Of a stretch of 64,000 nucleotides of DNA, positions 60,053-64,000 are shown one piece after another (within the stretch, counting starts at the first letter, position 1; every line of letters starts with the position of its first letter). The DNA comes from Zootoca vivipara (lineage: Eukaryota). The DNA is taken from contig NC_083290.1 in assembly GCF_963506605.1 (NCBI RefSeq), positions 29,450,001-29,514,000 of the forward strand. The letters are read 5' to 3'. Made by a program: the position numbers and the translations under genes. The notes under the pieces are model-generated. The model worked only from the letters and a program-made list of their open reading frames with translations, did no database searches and had not been told where the DNA came from.

Positions 60053-61649
60053 CTAGGCAGCTTGCTGTTCCTGCCCCTTCTTCACCTCGTCCTCCACGGC
60101 CTTTTGCACAGTGGCGATGAGGCCCTCCACATAGGTCTTGAAGCCTTCCACGCTAGCGGGCAGTTGCTCACGCACTTTCTCCACCATGGGTCCGATTTTC
60201 TCCCGGAGGGCAGTGAAGTGCTTCTGGGCGTCGGCCTGAAACTCTCTCAACTTGGGGGCGCCCTGCTCCCGGATCTCCTGCAGCTTCTGGCTCAGCCTCT
60301 GGCGCATCTCTTCGGCATGGGGGGCCACTTTCGCACGAAGCTCGTCCACGTGGTCCCGCAGCTTGTCCCGCGCTTCCTCGGCCACTGGCCTCACCTTCTC
60401 CTGAATTGTCTCCAGGTTCTGGCGGGCAATCTCCCGCACCTCCTGCCCGATGGGCTCTGCCTTGGCCCGGATAGCCTCTAGTTCCTCGTGGAGCTTCTTG
60501 CTGAATTCATCAAAGTAGGGTTGGATATTGGCATTCACGCTTTCCAAGTGCTTCTTCAGCTCCTCGATCCCCTTCTCCCAGTCTGCTTTCAGCTCTTGCT
60601 TTAGTTCTTCCATCTCGGGAGCTATTTCTTTGTGCAACTCAGCTAAAAACTGGTGCACCTTGTCCAATTTCGGAACCAGGCTTAGGCTAGAGAGAGAGGA
60701 TGGGGAGACCGAGTTAGTGGGTGAAGAGAGGGCAGAGTTGGTGCCTAGCCCTCTTGTTCCAGCCCAGAAGAAGAAGGGAGACTATAAGCCCCCCAATATC
60801 TGGCTTTTAGCCAGTCAGGGGAGGGAGGTGGTTGGTGCTGCACCACAGTTCCATGAGGGTGAACGGAGATCTGGGGCATCTGGGTTTGGAAAGGCCTCCA
60901 CAGATATCCACAAAGCCAGCCAGCCAGCCACTCCCCCCTGCCCCTGCGCAGATGGAAAGCCCTCCTGAGGCAGAAGCATAATCTCCTGAGGACGTCAAGG
61001 GGAAGGAGCTTTGGGCACCCCAAAAGCCTACAGCCTGCCAGTTCATTCCCTGCTTGCCCCTAATTTGCTACTCACTCCATTTCCTTGCCCCAGGCAGAGT
61101 TATCCACCTGAGTGATGGCTTCGCGGACACCAGCCCTGATGGTTTCTATGTAAACGGTGAGAGCGTCGTGCACGCGCTCCAGGGGGGTTTGTTGGGGCTC
61201 ATCTTGCTGCCAGAAGTGGCGGGCCTGGGTTCCTGCAGAAGTAATGCAATAATGGTTAAAGCCTAAGGGCAAAGCGTTTAGAAAGGCATAGCTGCCAAGT
61301 TTTCACTTTTCTCACGAGGAAGCCCATTCAGCATAAGGGAAAATCCCTGTAAAAAAGGGATAACTTGGCAGCTATGTAGAAAGGGGCAGTCAGAAGCGAG
61401 CCAGGTCTCCCCAGTTCGGCCCTCTGAAGGCACAGCCCACTCCTCTAGGGCTGCTCCTCCCTCCACCCGCAAGCAGAGATTAGCGGAGATCACAGCATGT
61501 CTTTCAGAGCTCACACACACACCCCCAAGGTTCTTGGGCAGGAGTTGGGCTGCCTCAGGGAGAGCTGCCATTCCCTGCCCGTGAGCACAGGGTCGGGGGG
61601 ACTCACCTGTGAGGAACACCAGGGCCAGGGTCACTGTGATGGCTCTCAT
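60053..61649 (-). CDS. APOA1: Apolipoprotein A-I, 277 aa
   Basis: Exons 61607-61649 (43 nt, MRAITVTLALVFLT), 61076-61232 (157 nt, propeptide RHFWQQ|DEPQ), 60053-60686 (634 nt helical repeats). AATAAA at 59714-59719 (-). Confidence 0.97.
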
Positions 61650-62399
61650 CTTGCAATGCGTTCCAACCTGGAGACTGCAGAAGGGGATCAAGTCAGGCCA
61701 GAAGAATCCACAGAGATGTAAAACAACAACAACAACAGGATTTCTTGAGCTTTTCTCTCCCAAGACCAAGAAAGAGAGAAATTGGAAGTGAGAAGAAAAA
61801 GAGGCCTGCTAAAGATGAGCTATTAGCCAGAAGAGCCAATGGGAAGACCCACACCCACAGGCATTGGATCTTGCCGGTTAGCAAGCAACACAGGAGGACT
61901 AGTTACTGTAAAGTCTTGCTTGTGGGCTTCCCATGAGGCACCTGGCTGGTCATTTTGAGAAGCAGCCGGATTCGAGGTGAGGTGGGCTCCCCTTGGCATG
62001 ACCCCACAGGCCAGCTCTTTCTGCCCTTAAGCAAGAATCGCTGTGCACAAGATCTGCTACGTCCACCTAGCCCAGCAGCAGCAAGATGCCCAGAGATGCT
62101 TCCCAAGCTGGGGCACCTGATCATTGGAAGAGTCCAATGAGCTGCCCTTCCAAAGGTATACACCCCAAGGTATCCATTGATATATCCAAGAGGACGTCCC
62201 AGGCAAAACAACCAAGTCAGCCTTTGCCAACCAAGTCAGCCTTTGCCAGCCTTCCTGATATGCTTCGGCTGCTGTGCTAGCTGGTGCTGATCAGATCTGT
62301 GGTCCAAAACATCAGGTGGGCACCAGGGAGTTGGCAAAGGCTGATCAAGAAAGAAATGGAGAGGCAACTTCTCCGCAGGGGAAAGTTTTTTCACAGAGC

Positions 62400-62402
<3 letters not shown>

Positions 62403-62476
<74 letters not shown>
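62403..62476. repeat. (GA)n microsatellite in APOA1 intron 1
   Basis: Direct observation; about 40 nt from the exon 1 donor. Confidence 0.95.
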
Positions 62477-62478
<2 letters not shown>

Positions 62479-62518
62479 CAAGCCCCGGAATAGTACCAGG
62501 AGAGGTCCAGATTCTTAC

Positions 62519-62684
62519 CAGTCCTTTCAGCGTCTGCTGCTTCTGCTGCTTCGTGTGGCCGATCCTCCTCGGCAGTGGCTATTTATAACAGAGGTGGTTG
62601 TTTATTGCCGGAGATAAGTCAAAGCTGTAAATGGGGAATTCACTCCCAAGTCGTGACTATGTGGCGCTTAGAGTTCAAGGATCA
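62519..62684 (-). promoter_or_regulatory. APOA1: APOA1 non-coding exon 1, TATA box and site-C-like nuclear receptor element
   Basis: Donor GTAAG at 62518; TATAAATAGCC at 62577-62587 (-); TGATCCTTGAACTCTAAGCGCCACAT at 62659-62684 (-). Confidence 0.8.
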
Positions 62685-64000
62685 AACACACATCCCCAGG
62701 GGGAATGCGCACGATCAAGGAGCAACAGGGGCCTGGCAAGGGACTCCGGAACAAACACAGAAGCTGGGCCCGGGGCCAGCTCTCTGACCCAGATTTGCAC
62801 TTGTGGGCAGAACAGGAACCCCACGGACCCCTCCGCTCAGCTGGGCAGCCGCCAAGGAAGGAGATTTGCAAGGCTCCTGTTGTTGTTCCCAAGTGGCTTG
62901 AGGACTCTGTCCTCGGTGCCTTTAGCAATAACTTCAGAAGAATAACTCTGTGACCTGAAGCCTCCCAGCATGGACCAGGCAAGCCTTTAACAACAGGCCA
63001 ATAACTGGGGTTGTTCTCCTCTGCTGGGGGACCAGTGTGAGAGGAAAATTGTACCTACCATAAGTTGCTTTCTATCCTGGCTCCCCACTTCCCCAGGCAA
63101 AACCTCACCTCTCTTGACAAGGGCAAACATCAGAGAAAGTGGCTGACTTGGGCCTGGCTGCAAGTGATGGTGAGGGTTCACACGCTGCAACGCTTCCCCA
63201 TACACAAGAGGAAGAAAAAGGGGTTTGCACCTAGCAAATGGGCAGTTATCAGGCAGAAGGGCTCTTGCTTCCAGCAGGTGCCTGATTATTTGCAAAACAT
63301 CTGGACAGAGCCAGGTTAGGGAAAGCAGCTCTATGGGAAGAACCACCTCAGCCGTAGAGGGTTGTTCCAACGATGTCCGGGGCTCTATCTACACCAAGAA
63401 GAACCTCCTGACTCCACTAAGAGAGTAACTGCAAACTGAACACATTGTGCAAACTCAAGCATTTGGATGCATTTGCTTATTCTGCCTACTTCATTCTTGG
63501 ATTGGAGATAATGTGGATCACCTCTGCCCCACCCTCTGACCGCAAAGTCTCCTTAACAAAGGAAACTGCCTTATACCAGATGAGACTTTGTCTTGGCATG
63601 ATACGGTCTACTCCAGCCTTCCGCAACCTGACGCGTTCCAGAAGTTGTCAAACTACAACTCCCATCAGCCCCAGCCAGGAAGGTCAAGGGTAATGATGGG
63701 AGCCACTGTCCAAAACACTGAGGAGGCTGGTGTCCTCTGACAAGGGCTTTCTAAGATCTTAGGCACGCAAGGGTCTTTCTGGTCATTTTTCAAACTTGAT
63801 GACACCAGGGATTGACCTACTGTGGGCAGAGCAAGTGATCTGCCAGAGTTATTGACCCATCCCACGACTTCTGAGATTCCATCTCATTGTTCAAAGTTGG
63901 AAAGGCCTGAAAATTGCCTTCCCAACTTAATGGAATGCTCTCCCCCCCCCAAGGGAGGCCCACCTGGTGCCAACCTTGCCATCCTTTTGTTTTCTAGGGC

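Overview
Vertebrate genomic DNA from a squamate reptile, most likely a lacertid lizard (inferred from Sauria/Squam1 SINEs, Squam3, Bov-B and lacertid-type Penelope elements). The window is the conserved BUD13-ZPR1-APOA5-APOA4-APOC3-APOA1 locus. All six genes can be spliced by hand into intact ORFs with GT-AG junctions: BUD13 591 aa, ZPR1 450 aa, APOA5 366 aa, APOA4 377 aa, APOC3 93 aa, APOA1 277 aa. Introns and spacers hold L1, CR1, RTE/Bov-B, L2, Penelope, SINEs, and hAT and Tc1/mariner MITEs; there are two assembly gaps. Most notable: (1) three Penelope-borne minimal hammerhead ribozyme motifs; (2) a decayed gamma-type retroviral env plus a single 1.4-kb LTR about 200 bp upstream of the predicted APOA4 TATA box, with 106 bp of the LTR repeated 1.5 kb away in a C/D-box-like form; (3) a probable untranslated first exon in APOA4, which mammalian APOA4 lacks; (4) a U12 minor intron in ZPR1; (5) a candidate NMD-inducing alternative donor in BUD13; (6) a CR1 with adjacent Bov-B and tail-less internal L1 insertions; (7) promoter elements resembling the human ones. 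I found no clear wholly new protein-coding system. Comparisons to human or named families are from recall, not database searches.
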